From positions 388,688-408,687 of the forward strand of contig NW_005201360.1 of the NCBI RefSeq assembly GCF_000372725.1: a stretch of 20,000 nucleotides of DNA, given 5' to 3'. Of the stretch, positions 1 through 10,126 are shown one piece after another; position 1 is the first letter of the stretch; every line of letters begins with the position of its first letter. The notes under the pieces are model-generated. The model had not been told where the DNA came from and did not search any database. It worked only from the letters and a program-made list of their open reading frames with translations. This DNA is from Emiliania huxleyi CCMP1516 (taxonomy: Eukaryota). The translations under genes and the position numbers were made by a program.

Positions 1-875
1 TCTCCGACATGAGGCGCGTTGCACTTGCCAGTGCGGCCCTGGCCTTCTGTCTGCCCGCCCAATGGGTGGCAGGTGCCTCTGCTGCTATGGCATGCCTCAC
101 GGCTGCGACTGGCCGGCGCCTCGGCGCGTCAGCTCGGCTCGGCGTAGTGATAGTGGCCAGCGCAACTCGCCTGGACTCAACGCTCAGCCAGGAGCTCCCG
201 CACGCGCTGGCGCGAGGCATGGCGCATGCAACGCGTCTGAATGCTCGCCTCGCCTCGCGCAAATGCGACGGGACCGTCCTCGCAGCCGACAGTCCACCGC
301 CTGCTAAAGAAGCACAGCGACGAATGCGGCACCGGCGACACATGGCAGGCTGGTCATGACGCAGTTATAGGGTGTTGTTTGCCGTCAGAGGGACTCTCTG
401 TGTGTCAGGGATAGCGTCAGGGCTGTCCATCAGAGCCCCAGTAAGCTCGGAGACACCCCATTAGCGCGGCTCGACCTCTTTGAGTCACTGCCTTCCCGGC
501 GGTTTGGCTGTAGAGCCTCTACAACAAACTCTACAGCAAAATCGCGCTCTACATCGCCCTACAACGCAGGCGCTTCGTCCCGCGGCGGATGTAGAGCTCT
601 ACAGCTCTACAGCGCTCCAGAGCGCTCTACAGCTCTACAGCGCTCTACACTCTACATCCTCTACACCCTCCCTCAGGGGAGCTCCTGGCTGAGCGTTGAG
701 TCCAAGCGAGTTGCGCTGGCCACGATCGCTACGCCGAGCCGAGCTGACGCGCCGAGGCGCCGGCCAGTCGCAGCCGTGAGGCATGCCACAGCAGCAGAGG
801 CACCTGCCACCCATTGGGCGGGCAGACAGAAGGCCAGGGCAGCACTGGCAAGTGCAACGCGCCTCATGTCGGAGA
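1..875. repeat. ~199-bp inverted repeat pair (1-199 / 677-875)
   Basis: 677-875 is the near-identical reverse complement of 1-199. ORFs 9..359(+) and 673..867(-) translate almost identically. The left copy may extend beyond the window. Confidence 0.95.
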
Positions 876-1070
876 GCGACCGTGCCTCGTTCGCCGCTTA
901 TGATGTAGAGTTTGTTGTAGAGATTTCACGTTGTAGAGCGCCTCTACATCGCTCTACAGGCGACTCACATCGTCACGCGCCGGATGTAGAGCTCTACAGC
1001 TCTACAGCGCTCTACATCTCTACAGCTCTACAGCGCTCTACACTCTACATCCTCTACACCCTCCCTCAGG
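509..1070 (+). mobile_element. Two CTCTAC-rich transposon-end/MITE-like segments (509-677 and ~903-1070)
   Basis: Both segments carry arrays of CTCTAC/GTAGAG and end in the same CTCTACACTCTACATCCTCTACACCCTCCCTCAGG. TGTAGAGTTTGTTGTAGAG (~904-922) is the reverse complement of 517-535. No matching left terminus or TSD is seen. Confidence 0.55.
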
Positions 1071-2202
1071 CAAAAACCACGGAATCTCGGACGAAGAACG
1101 GTAACAAGTTTGGCACACGCCATAACATGGGCGGCGCTTCCTTCGATTGGACGGACGAAATGATCGCGGGAAAAGCGGGACCGCCATCGCGACATCGGGA
1201 GTTCACCATATGCCGAGCCTGCTCGGCCTGCCATGCGCGCGCGCGCCTCGCCCGAGCGCAGCCCGATGCGCGATGGCAAGCCCATCGTTCTGAGAATTGT
1301 GCTTCTCGATCACCTCACAGGCTGCTGTGGCGCACACAATCCCGGACGGTGGTTCGACTCCACACGAATCCGAGACGGTGATGGGAGGCGTCTCGATGAT
1401 CTCAGACCCAGTGAGGTAGTGCACGAGACTATCCTGGATCCTGCTGAACAAGCTCCTCTTGTAGCTCGATCGGTCACACCGCCATCGCCGCCGACGTCTC
1501 CCAGGGAGATGATGGAGAGGGGGGACGACACTGCTCGATCTACCCTCTGGGGTCCCTCACTCAGCAGCGTGCACCTCGATCCTGTACCGTGTTTGTTATG
1601 ACCCCCCCCAATGAACACACCAGTGAGGGAGGGCGAGACGATCGAGGGGTCCCGTACCACGCGGAATCGGACCCTATCAAGTGCTCAAGTGCTCAAGAGT
1701 TAGAAAGCATGAATCATCGAAAGGTCTGATCTCCAAAACGAGCTCTAGGCGAGCCGCGCGCGCCCGCGCCCCGCCCCTTTTGCGCAGCAACACCTTAAAT
1801 TTCATGGCCCTCAAAAAAGTGCGGCCTCGAGCCATCACGCTGCAGAGCCTGCGTAGACGCCACCGACGCCAATTCTGCAGCCCACAGCCCTGGCAACTGA
1901 GGGCGAGGGCCAGCAGTATACGACGACGACGACATCTCACACCCCGCGCTGGCCAGCGCCATCAGCCCCTCACGGCCCGGCCCAACCTCCCTTCGCCTCG
2001 CCTCCAGTGCCTCCAATCAAGTCGCACCTCTCTTCTTCAGCGAATGCAGCGGCAGCACCACGTCAGAGGCCGGGCCGACTGGCGGACCTGCATGCCCAGC
2101 CATGCCCCCCTCTCACATATTCACAGTCTGTTCACAGTACCCGGGTAGCTGCTCGGCCCAACCACAATTACGTCAGGGGTATAGACTAGTCATTAGTTTG
2201 TC

Positions 2203-2802
2203 ATGCTGCCCGCTCACGCAGCGGCGTCGCCCGAGCCGACTTCTCCGGCCGAGTCGGCCTCCAAGCTCGGCGCGGTCGCGCGCGTCTCCGAAACCGGAGC
2301 CGATGTCGAGCAGATCGAGGCGGCGGGCCTGCTGCAGTTCTTCTCCCTCGCGCCTGATCCTTACTGCCAGGGAGGCGGCATGATCCTTACGGCCAGCGCG
2401 AAGTGCGGCCCGCGGCTCGCACCCCCGTCGAAGAAGCGAGAGAAGAGCCAGGCGCAGAAGCGCCGCTACCACTCGGCCGCCTTCAAGCTGGAAGTCGTGC
2501 GCGAGGCGCCGCGCCGAGCCCCGTCCTGCGAGGCAGCCTCCTTCCCTCCCCCGACTGCCGACCCGCCTGCTCGCGCAGGCTATGCAGCGGCCGGTGTCCT
2601 CACGCATCAAGCCGACGTGCCGCAATCACCCCGAGGTCGAGGTGACGCGCCCTCCACGCGCCGCCGCCCTCCTTGCCGAACCTCGGCTAACCACGCCAAC
2701 TGCCCTTGCCCATCCCCCGCGCCGCAGGCGTGCCAGCTGCGCAAGTGGATACAGCAGCGCGAGCGGATCGAGCGGATCGCTGCTGCGAGCGGCGCCGCAT
2801 AG
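2203..2802 (+). CDS. Brinker/CENP-B-N-like helix-turn-helix protein, ~146 aa, exons 2203-2505, 2579-2641, 2728-2802
   Basis: Splicing a GC-AG intron (2506-2578) and a GT-AG intron (2642-2727, with a GCTAAC branch-like motif) gives KRRYHSAAFKLEVVRE-AMQRPVSSRIKPTCRNHPEVE-ACQLRKWIQQRERI. This matches the RRxYSxxFKLxVV...QxRKW pattern of Brinker/pogo-type HTH domains. Confidence 0.65.
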   Translation: MLPAHAAASPEPTSPAESASKLGAVARVSETGADVEQIEAAGLLQFFSLAPDPYCQGGGMILTASAKCGPRLAPPSKKREKSQAQKRRYHSAAFKLEVVREAPRRAPSCEAASFPPPTADPPARAGYAAAGVLTHQADVPQSPRGRGDAPSTRRRPPCRTSANHANCPCPSPAPQACQLRKWIQQRERIERIAAASGAA

Positions 2803-3654
2803 ACCCCCCCGGCCGCCCTCCCGCCATGGGACTAGTCTAGCGGGGCTCCATGTTTGCGCTCTGCGCTGCCGTTGCCGCTGCCTAGGGCGAGTACGGTCCA
2901 CCCTGAAGACTGGTGAGGGCCCCTGGCGAGACGCTTCCAGGGGTCGGGGCGTGTACGGAGGAGTCGGCGCTGCTGCGCATCTGCAGGCGCGCACCATGCG
3001 CACGGTCTGGTCAGGCCGGGCGCACAGAGTGCGACGTCGCAGCAGGCGTGCAGCGTGAGCTGCGCAGCGCCGTTCCGAACAGTATGCTCCCCTTGAGAAT
3101 ACCACGTCTTTGATGTCGACCTTGTGTAGCACACAGTGGTATGTACGTAATGCGGCGGTGTGGGTTTCCTCGTGGCACACTCTCTCGCGTGCCTCTCGCT
3201 CTCTCTGGTGTGTGTGTCTGATCTGGTAACCAACCGAAGTGGAAGTCGGACTCATCGTAGGTGGCGTGAGAATTGTGGCGTTAAGTGCTGAAGTTTGGAC
3301 ACCAGGACAGACTGGAGACGGCAGGTTGTTTGCGGTGAGACACGCCCGCCCTTCTTCCCCCCCTCTCCTCCACGGACCACGGCTTCGCCGCCGTCTTGGC
3401 CCCGTCCTGGGAGCTGGGTTCCCCGTCTTCCGATCCCGCCGCTGTCCCGCTGAGATATTCTCTGTCCGCGCCGGCGCGTGGCGCTCACGCGCCTCACGGG
3501 CGCCCCCGCACACACGCCCTCTCCCCGCGCACACTACGACGAGAGATTCGAAATATTCATCACACGCCAGTCACGCATGTCCATGCACCACTGCAGCGCT
3601 TTGGCTCCTAGTGTGAAACGTACCAGCCGGGGCCGCGGACCACAGGCGCAGCGC

Positions 3655-4257
3655 TCAGGCGGGGTACGCCAGCAGCCTCCACCTAGCCTGGACGTGCGCG
3701 GCCCACGCGTCTCCAAACTGCGATTGGAGCAGCCGCTCTTCCGGTGCCACCCGGTGCTTCCCTCCGACCGCGACGGCGAGGGCAACGGTCGCGACGGTCA
3801 CAGGTACGCGCAGCCATTTGCTGCCTCCCATGTTGAGCATGGAGGCGCCGGCGAGGTGGAGGTAGATGCCGCTGTAGCCGGGGTGGACCAGGTAGGTGTA
3901 CGGCCCGCCGCTGAGGAGAGAGGGTGGCGCAGAGATCTGGTACGAGAAGCTGTCGGCGAGCACAGCCTTGGACCACTGCCGCAGTGCCCAGCCGGACAGG
4001 CCGACGAGCAGCCCAGCGGCGCACCATGTCGCGGGCATCTTGCGGTGGTCACCAAAGGCGAAGCGGCACCACACCATATTCGCCGCGGTCGCTGCGGCGG
4101 CGGCCAGCGCTTGCTGAGCCGGCGTGAGCCGCCAGAGGCCGTCCATTGCCGCTCCGACGGCGTCCGCGCCGTCCACCTCGTCTGGAAGCCGCGTGGGCGG
4201 AGTGCAAATATCGAGGTAGGCGAGGAAGACGAGGAGGAACGTCAGCAGAAGTCGCAT
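3655..4257 (-). CDS. Isoprenylcysteine carboxyl methyltransferase (ICMT/STE14/PEMT-like) family membrane protein, 200 aa, intronless
   Basis: Hydrophobic segments plus LADSFSYQI...LLSGGPYTYLVHPGYSG and RVAPEERLLQSQFG...RLL, matching the GPYxxxRHPxY and RxxxEExxLxxxFG motifs. Confidence 0.85.
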   Translation of the reverse strand: MRLLLTFLLVFLAYLDICTPPTRLPDEVDGADAVGAAMDGLWRLTPAQQALAAAAATAANMVWCRFAFGDHRKMPATWCAAGLLVGLSGWALRQWSKAVLADSFSYQISAPPSLLSGGPYTYLVHPGYSGIYLHLAGASMLNMGGSKWLRVPVTVATVALAVAVGGKHRVAPEERLLQSQFGDAWAAHVQARWRLLAYPA

Positions 4258-4789
4258 TTCCCGTTTGCCTGGGAGCGACTTCCAGCCTTGGAGGACCTCG
4301 CCAAGGCACGCCCCACACCCAGCCAGGCAACCCCGGCATAAGGGTCTTCTACGCCCTTACCCGGCATCTCGGGTTCCCTTGCCCGGGGGCGCATGACCTG
4401 AGGCGTGGGAGTGCCTCGCCAGGTTTGACCCCCTATCTGGCTCCGGAACCCAGCGCACGGGCCAGGAAATATTTTTTTCCATGGATGCGTTTCACAGCTC
4501 ACAAACAAAACAAGAAGAGACACAACACGTCGCCTTGTCCTGTCCACGATATATCCGAAGGGAACCCCAGGTGCCAACACCGACCGTTGAGGTACAAGTG
4601 CTCAAAACGAGAGTGGACCTGAGCAACGACATGACCCAACGCGGCCAAAGGATATCCACCTCGAGAACCTCGAGAACATGACTTGTGGATGGAGGCAAAT
4701 GATCGGAGTAGGAGTCAGAAATGTGGTCCTTGCCGCTTGCGCGAGGAGAGCTCGATAAACTTGAAAGAGAGACTTTTAGAAGCCAAACA

Positions 4790-5105
4790 CGCTGCAAGGC
4801 GCGCGGGCAGCCCGGCCAACCCTTCTCCCACAAGACCGGCCACGGCTACGTCAAGGCGCATCGCGGTTTCTACCACGTCCACGACGCGATCTTTGTCAAG
4901 CGCAACAACTTCAAATGCTCCTCCACGAGACGTTCGGCGGCGGCTTCTCGCCCACCGCCGTTCTCAAGCTGCGCCGCCTCGCGCGCAAAGTCGCGCGCGG
5001 CAGCGTTGACCGCACACGGCCTACTCGCCCAAGTACTCGCTTTTTTTTATGTCCCCCCATGCAGAGCGCATCTCTCTCTCTCTGTTGTGCGAGGCGTGAG
5101 CCGCC
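4790..5105 (+). pseudogene. Frameshifted C-terminal fragment resembling a restriction-like-endonuclease non-LTR retrotransposon (CRE-like)
   Basis: Successive frames give CKARGQPGQPFSHKTGHGYVKAHRGFYH..DAIFVKRN / LLHETFGGGFSPTAVLKLRRLAR..DRT / FMSPHAERISLS..VVRG. These recall the ETxG and QRISxAxxRG motifs at RLE C-termini. Recognition is from memory only. Confidence 0.4.
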
Positions 5106-5252
5106 CCATTCGCTCCCCCCTGGCAACCCTGTTTGCACGTTTCGCGCGCGCGTGAACCTGGGGTGAACAGGGCCAAATTTCCCCCCCCCCCCCCCCGCAA
5201 ACTTTAAACCACCATGAACTTCAGTCTGCAGGGGCTCCAGGCCCCAAATGAC

Positions 5253-5295
5253 GTGTGAGTGTTAGAGTTGTTTGGTATTGCTAAAAATCTCTCTC
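5253..5295 (-). repeat. Retroposon-like 3' tail (...AAACAACTCTAACACTCACAC)
   Basis: 5257-5295 is the exact 39-bp reverse complement of 18792-18830. The same tail core occurs at 8088-8106. Confidence 0.75.
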
Positions 5296-5486
5296 TCTCT
5301 AGAAGCAATTGAGGCATGAGGGGCCAAAATATGCCGAGAGGAGGGCGGAGTTGCGCAGAGAGGCGAGAGAAGCAGCGAGAGCAAGGGATCGGCAGACGAC
5401 GGCAGCGGCGTCTCAGAACGAGGCCGAGGAGAGCGATGAGTCAGAGGATGAAACAGCAGGAGAGAGAACGAGGACGAGAGTGGGAG

Positions 5487-6665
5487 CTTAGGGGACCCCT
5501 AGGGTTCTGAGGGCCGGGGGGTTTTAAGACCTTTTAAGAAACGAGGAGGTTTGGGGGCTTAACTTGCCATTTAAGAGATTGCAGGCACGGGGGGTCCCTT
5601 TTTTAAGACCGTTTAAGAAAATCGGCCTCGCCGGCATGCGTCTCGCTGGGTTCCGCGCCGTTTTCTCCAATTGTCCAATACTGCCGTAATTGGGCACAAA
5701 CCCGCCTCTGAAGACACATCTGTATAAGTCTGGTGCACTGGCAGGAGCCATACTCGCATAGGGGACGCGTGCTAGCTGACTGTAGCCAGCTTCCCGGCCT
5801 ACGGCGTCCACCGGGAGCCTCCCGGACCATCGACCTCGGGAGCTCTCCCGCACCGTTTAAGCGTTTAAGACCGTTTAAGGAATCGGCGGCCCAGGCAGCC
5901 TTAAAATGGGCCTAGGCCCGTTTTAAGCCGTTTAAGGTTCTTCGGGCCAGTTTGGGGGGGCAAACCCTGCCCGCCCCCTAGAACCCCAGGTAAGGCCCAG
6001 GTGTGGCCTAGGGCATCGGAAGGGACCAAGAGGAGTCCAGTCTGAGCCATAGAGCCCATGCATGCATGTCTTTGCCCCCGAAGGTCGCGTTCAAACGCCC
6101 GGAACGGCCGTTACAGTGGTGTCCGGCCGGCGCGATCACCGTGCTGTGACGCTCAGGGAAGCCCGATGAGGTGCTGGTTTCTTTGCCCAGGGCTGGCCTA
6201 CGGCCCGTGCTGGATCAGCTGAGCAAGGTTTGGGGAGAATCCTATATTGGGATCTTCAGATATTTTGACGGATGACCGAAAATGGGCAAAAACGGGGGNN
6301 NNNNNNNNNNNNNNNNNNNNNNNNNNNNNNNNNNNNNNNNNNNNNNNNNNNNNNNNNNNNNNNNNNNNNNNNNNNNNNNNNNNNNNNNNNNNNNNNNNGC
6401 GTCACGGCACGGTGATCGCGCCGGCCGGACACCACTGTATCGGCCGTTCCGGGCGTTTGAACGCGACCTTCGGGGGCAAAGACATGGGCTCTATGGCTCA
6501 GACTGGACTCCTCTTGGTCCCTTCTGATGCCCTAGGCCACACCTGGGCCTTACCTGGGGTTCTAGGGGCCGGCCAGGGTTTGCCTCCCTAAAGGGGCCCG
6601 AAGAACCTTAAGCCGCAGGCGCCCAAGGGCCCACCCTTTTAAGCCTAGGCAAGGGGTCCCCTAAG
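5487..6665. mobile_element. TTTAAG-rich element with long inverted arms around gap 1 (5932-6152 / 6399-6611; outer 5487-5500 / 6652-6665)
   Basis: ~220-bp reverse-complement match with a few substitutions and an 8-bp CATG-repeat indel. Many TTTAAG motifs lie in 5522-5937, with imperfect CCTAGGGTTCT / AGAACCCCAGG ends. Confidence 0.6.
6299..6398. other. Assembly gap (100 N)
   Basis: Run of N. Confidence 1.
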
Positions 6666-6701
6666 AGTGTGGGAGGACCGCGAGGTGGCATGAAGGTCGC
6701 T

Positions 6702-7770
6702 GGAGCGGCCGCTCACTGCTCGGTACCCCCCCTGCACATCTAAAGCCATCCCTGCTGCTAGGGGGGGGGGTCCGACCCCCCCAGCAGCAGAGCGCTGCTG
6801 CTGGGGGGGGGGGGGGTCCGGACCCCCCCGTAGCAGAACGTTTCTGTCCGGGGGGGGGGTCCGACCCCCCCAGCAGCAGAGCGCTGCTGCTGGGGGGGGG
6901 GGGGGTCCGGAACCCCCAAAAACAAAAAGCTTCTTCCCGGGGGGGGGTCCCCACCCCCCCAAGAGCAAAAGGGACGGAACCAGATTTTTCGCCTTTTTGG
7001 CGCCGCCCCACCCTTCAACCTTGGGTTTTGTTTGAACGGGACCCTCCAANNNNNNNNNNNNNNNNNNNNNNNNNNNNNNNNNNNNNNNNNNNNNNNNNNN
7101 NNNNNNNNNNNNNNNNNNNNNNNNNNNNNNNNNNNNNNNNNNNNNNNNNNNNNNNNNNNNNNNNNNNNNNNNNNNNNNNNNNNNNNNNNNNNNNNNNNNN
7201 NNNNCAGCGTCGAGCACACTCGGTGTCAGAGCGTCGCGCCAAATCAGTAGTCTCATCACCGAGTGATTGCTGGCCTGTGGCGTATGACCTCGCGCGGATA
7301 TCACCAACGACGAGCATGCGAAGATAGGGAACAATATCTTGTACAGGCTGTGCTCCCTGCTGTGCCACGGCGTATGCCGATGGGCTGCAAGAGCCGTATC
7401 TTCCCTCCTTGAGGCAGAGGCGCCGCGATGCACGAGAGGCGTAGAGAGGCTGGCGTGCCCCGCACCTCCCGGTTGGCAGTAGGAGGGCCCGCCGGTGAGA
7501 CCACTGTCTGATTTTGGTGCCGACCATAAATTATCGCCACTGGAACGCATGCTACTTACAGCTGCTGTCTGTAGACTGTACAGAGATGCCAGCACCCCCC
7601 ACAGGCAGAGCGCTCCTGCTGGGGGGGGGGGTCCGGACCCCCCCAGCAGCAGAGTGCTGCTGCTGGGGGGGGGTCCCAACCCCCCCAGCAGCAGAGCGCT
7701 GCTGCTGGGGGGGGGGTCGGCCATGGCTTTAGATGTGCAGGGGGGGTACCGAGCAGTGAGCGGCCGCTCC
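6702..7770. mobile_element. Foldback-like element with perfect 48-bp inverted repeats (6702-6749 / 7723-7770) and internal palindromic units
   Basis: GGAGCGGCCGCTCACTGCTCGGTAC7TGCACATCTAAAGCCAT and its reverse complement bound the element. Repeated CnAGCAGCAGAGCGCTGCTGCTGn hairpin units lie inside both arms. It spans gap 2. Confidence 0.7.
7050..7203. other. Assembly gap (154 N)
   Basis: Run of N. Confidence 1.
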
Positions 7771-7826
7771 TGCGAGAATTGGCGAGAAACACCCGAACAG
7801 AGATAGGAAGAGGTAGACGCCCGAGG

Positions 7827-7922
7827 GTGGGCGACGGCTAGCACCGCACTCCTCTCCTTAAAATCCCTGTGTGGTGGCGGCGTGCCGTCCTGATGCCTTC
7901 AGCGCATTTTTTCTTTTTTCTC
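7827..7922 (+). mobile_element. Retroposon 3'-end core (stem-loop plus T-rich tract), copy 1
   Basis: GGCGACGGCTAGCACCGCAC...GTGTGGTGGCGGCGTGCCGTCC is homologous to the reverse complements of 8159-8214, 15899-15963 and 16700-16735. Confidence 0.7.
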
Positions 7923-8087
7923 CACGACACGTGTCTGCACGTTGTGTTTTGTTGTAGTCGCAGGCGCGTTTATACCAACTTACCATTCACATTGTGTGAT
8001 CTGAGCCGCCTGTAAAATAAATGGGAGTGCTGCTCGCCACCCTTCGACTTCTAGATACTAGAATTGCGAGCGAGGAAGCAAGAGAGT

Positions 8088-8215
8088 GTGAGTGTTAGAG
8101 TTGTTTTGGAAGCAAAGAAAGAAAGAAAGAAGAGAAAGAACCCAAAGGAGGGATGAGAGGACGGCACGCTGCCACACAGGGTTTTCACGGGAAGGAAGGT
8201 GTGTTGCTAGCCGTT
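8088..8215 (-). mobile_element. Short (5'-truncated or SINE-like) non-LTR retroposon with target-site duplication
   Basis: Core, TTTC tract and AAACAACTCTAACACTCAC tail, flanked by direct repeats CGAGGAAGCAA(G/AA)AGAGT at 8071-8087 and 8216-8233. Confidence 0.8.
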
Positions 8216-10126
8216 CGAGGAAGCAAAAAGAGTAAATGGACGCCACTACAAGTCCGCCGACTAAATGATTTTCGGCCGGCCGCAGCGCGCAGGTCGGGCT
8301 GGACGCGGCTGTTTTGGCCGGCGGTCGGGATTGGACACCAGCTTTGTCGGCGCGTCAGCGCCGAAGAAAATTTTGGGAGATTTTCTTATACTCCCGAGCT
8401 CCGTGTGGGTTTTGTCAAACGAGATTGAATCTTGGAATCTGCTGATTTTCCCCTTGACGTTCCCTTCTCGCTTCTGGCCCGCCGCGCTCACTGTACCTAG
8501 CGGCCGTGACTCACCTGCTTCGGGCGCGCTGCTCCTCGGGGATGGCGAGAAGCGGCAGAGGTGATGCTCATAGCTGAGCTAGCCCCAGATGCCCCGTTTG
8601 CCCCACTGCGGCGCCGCGCTCGTGCCGACATGCAAGTGGGTACAATGCACCCCGTTGTAGGGATGTGGCGCGAGAGTGAACATCTCGCGCCTGGTCGCCT
8701 CGCTATAAAGAGCTAGCACTGTCTGCGCAGCCTGTAGGGCAGCATCGGCGTTCTTTTTGATCCGATGGTGCTTCCACTGATTGCACCGCGCCTCGCTGTG
8801 CCTTCTCGGAGCCGGGTGGAAGCGGCGGCCTTCCGATGGGACGCGTCCAAAGTGACCCATCCTGCAGCACATGACGACCGCCCATCGCGTGTGCAAGCGT
8901 GATCACGCGCTGCTGCACTAGCTGCTGCTGCTGCACTGGCTGCTGCTGCACCTGCGCCTGGGCGCGTGTGAAACCCTGCCACCGCGGGTGCGGCCGCGGC
9001 CGCAGTGGTGTAGGCGGACAATGATGATGCCGCGCGGGCGGAGGCGGACGCGAGGACGCTGCCGTCGGACAAGGGGTTGCTATCATACGCAAGCACGAGC
9101 CGTCGGTGACGCGACGGCATCATCACCGTTGGCCAGCTGCTAAGCGCGAAAACCTGCCCGTGTGTCGGATGCGTCCCCAACTTGTAGCGCTACATCTTTG
9201 GACACACACCGGCGGGCGCTTTCGAGGGCATTTTTTCTAACCCCTGGACCTATTTTGCGGCACGATAGCTGGGCTGCAACATACACAGACATACACTCGA
9301 CTGCAACGGCGCGCAGCGCCGAAGAAAAGTTTGGTTGTCGAGCGGCGGCTGGTGGGGACGCCGTTGTTTCGCAGCTCGGTCGGGCGGGCCGCCCTGCGTT
9401 TCCCTGAGGTGAACTGTATCGTCGTCGTCGTCTCTAGCCAGTCACTCTAACTCTCAGAGATGGGCTAAAGAGGATCCGGAGCGCGGTAAGACTCTGGGGC
9501 TCTCTCCGAAGGGAGCGTAGCGTACGCGGAGGGAGCTCAGAGTTACCCCGTTCTCTGGAACCTCTTGGAGCAAGAGGAACTCGCAAGAGACGAATGCGAT
9601 TCGATCGGGCGGTAGATGAGGGATGGTGGTGGGTCGCTTGAGAACTGGTCGATTGGCGTCTGTCTGAGCAGGAGCCGACGCTAGTCGGGAGCTGTGTCAG
9701 GAGCCTCGTGGCGCTCGGAGGTCCCGCGCACAAAGCGGCGGGCAGCGGCGGGCGCGGGGGTAAGGGTTCCCGCCCGCTAGGCGCTGCCCTCTGCGCCGAG
9801 GCTCGACCCGCTTCTCCTCAGTTCACTAGCACAAACTGAAGTTTGTTTATCATGAACTGTATCGTCGTCGTCGTCTCTAGCCAGTCACTCTAACTCTCAG
9901 AGATGGGCTAAAGAGGATCCGGAGCGCGGTAAGACTCTGGGGCTCTCTCCGAAGGGAGCGTAGCGTACGCGGAGGGAGCTCAGAGTTACCCAAATCACCG
10001 GAGCGAGGGAAGGAGCGATCCCGGGGTGAGCGACTCCGAAGCGTAGCGCAGCGCGTGAAGGATCCCCAAATTGAGTGAGTGACGGTCCTATTCGGTCTCG
10101 CCCTCCGAGCTCGGGGATGGGGCGGC

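Noticed and set aside
1233..2189. Short plus-strand ORFs upstream of the HTH gene
   Set aside because: No motifs or convincing splice model; coding status cannot be supported.
3478..4341. 287-aa plus-strand ORF
   Set aside because: Antisense to the ICMT-like gene.
5309..5491. Charged 60-aa ORF resembling a transposase C-terminus
   Set aside because: Low-complexity purine-rich sequence with no diagnostic residues.
6645..7844. 399-aa and 170-aa minus-strand ORFs
   Set aside because: They run through N gaps and hairpin repeats, with no recognisable domain.
7830..7890. SECIS or ribozyme interpretation of the stem-loop
   Set aside because: No AUGA/GA quartet or recognisable catalytic core.
8244..9189. 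CACTACAAG as a CACTA/EnSpm terminus paired with 9180-9189
   Set aside because: No 3-bp TSD, and a much longer inverted match with TA flanks exists at 13149-13177.
9410..9991. B repeats as LTRs of a TRIM
   Set aside because: No TG..CA ends, PBS/PPT or TSD. The A repeat pairing fits a split-direct-repeat element instead.
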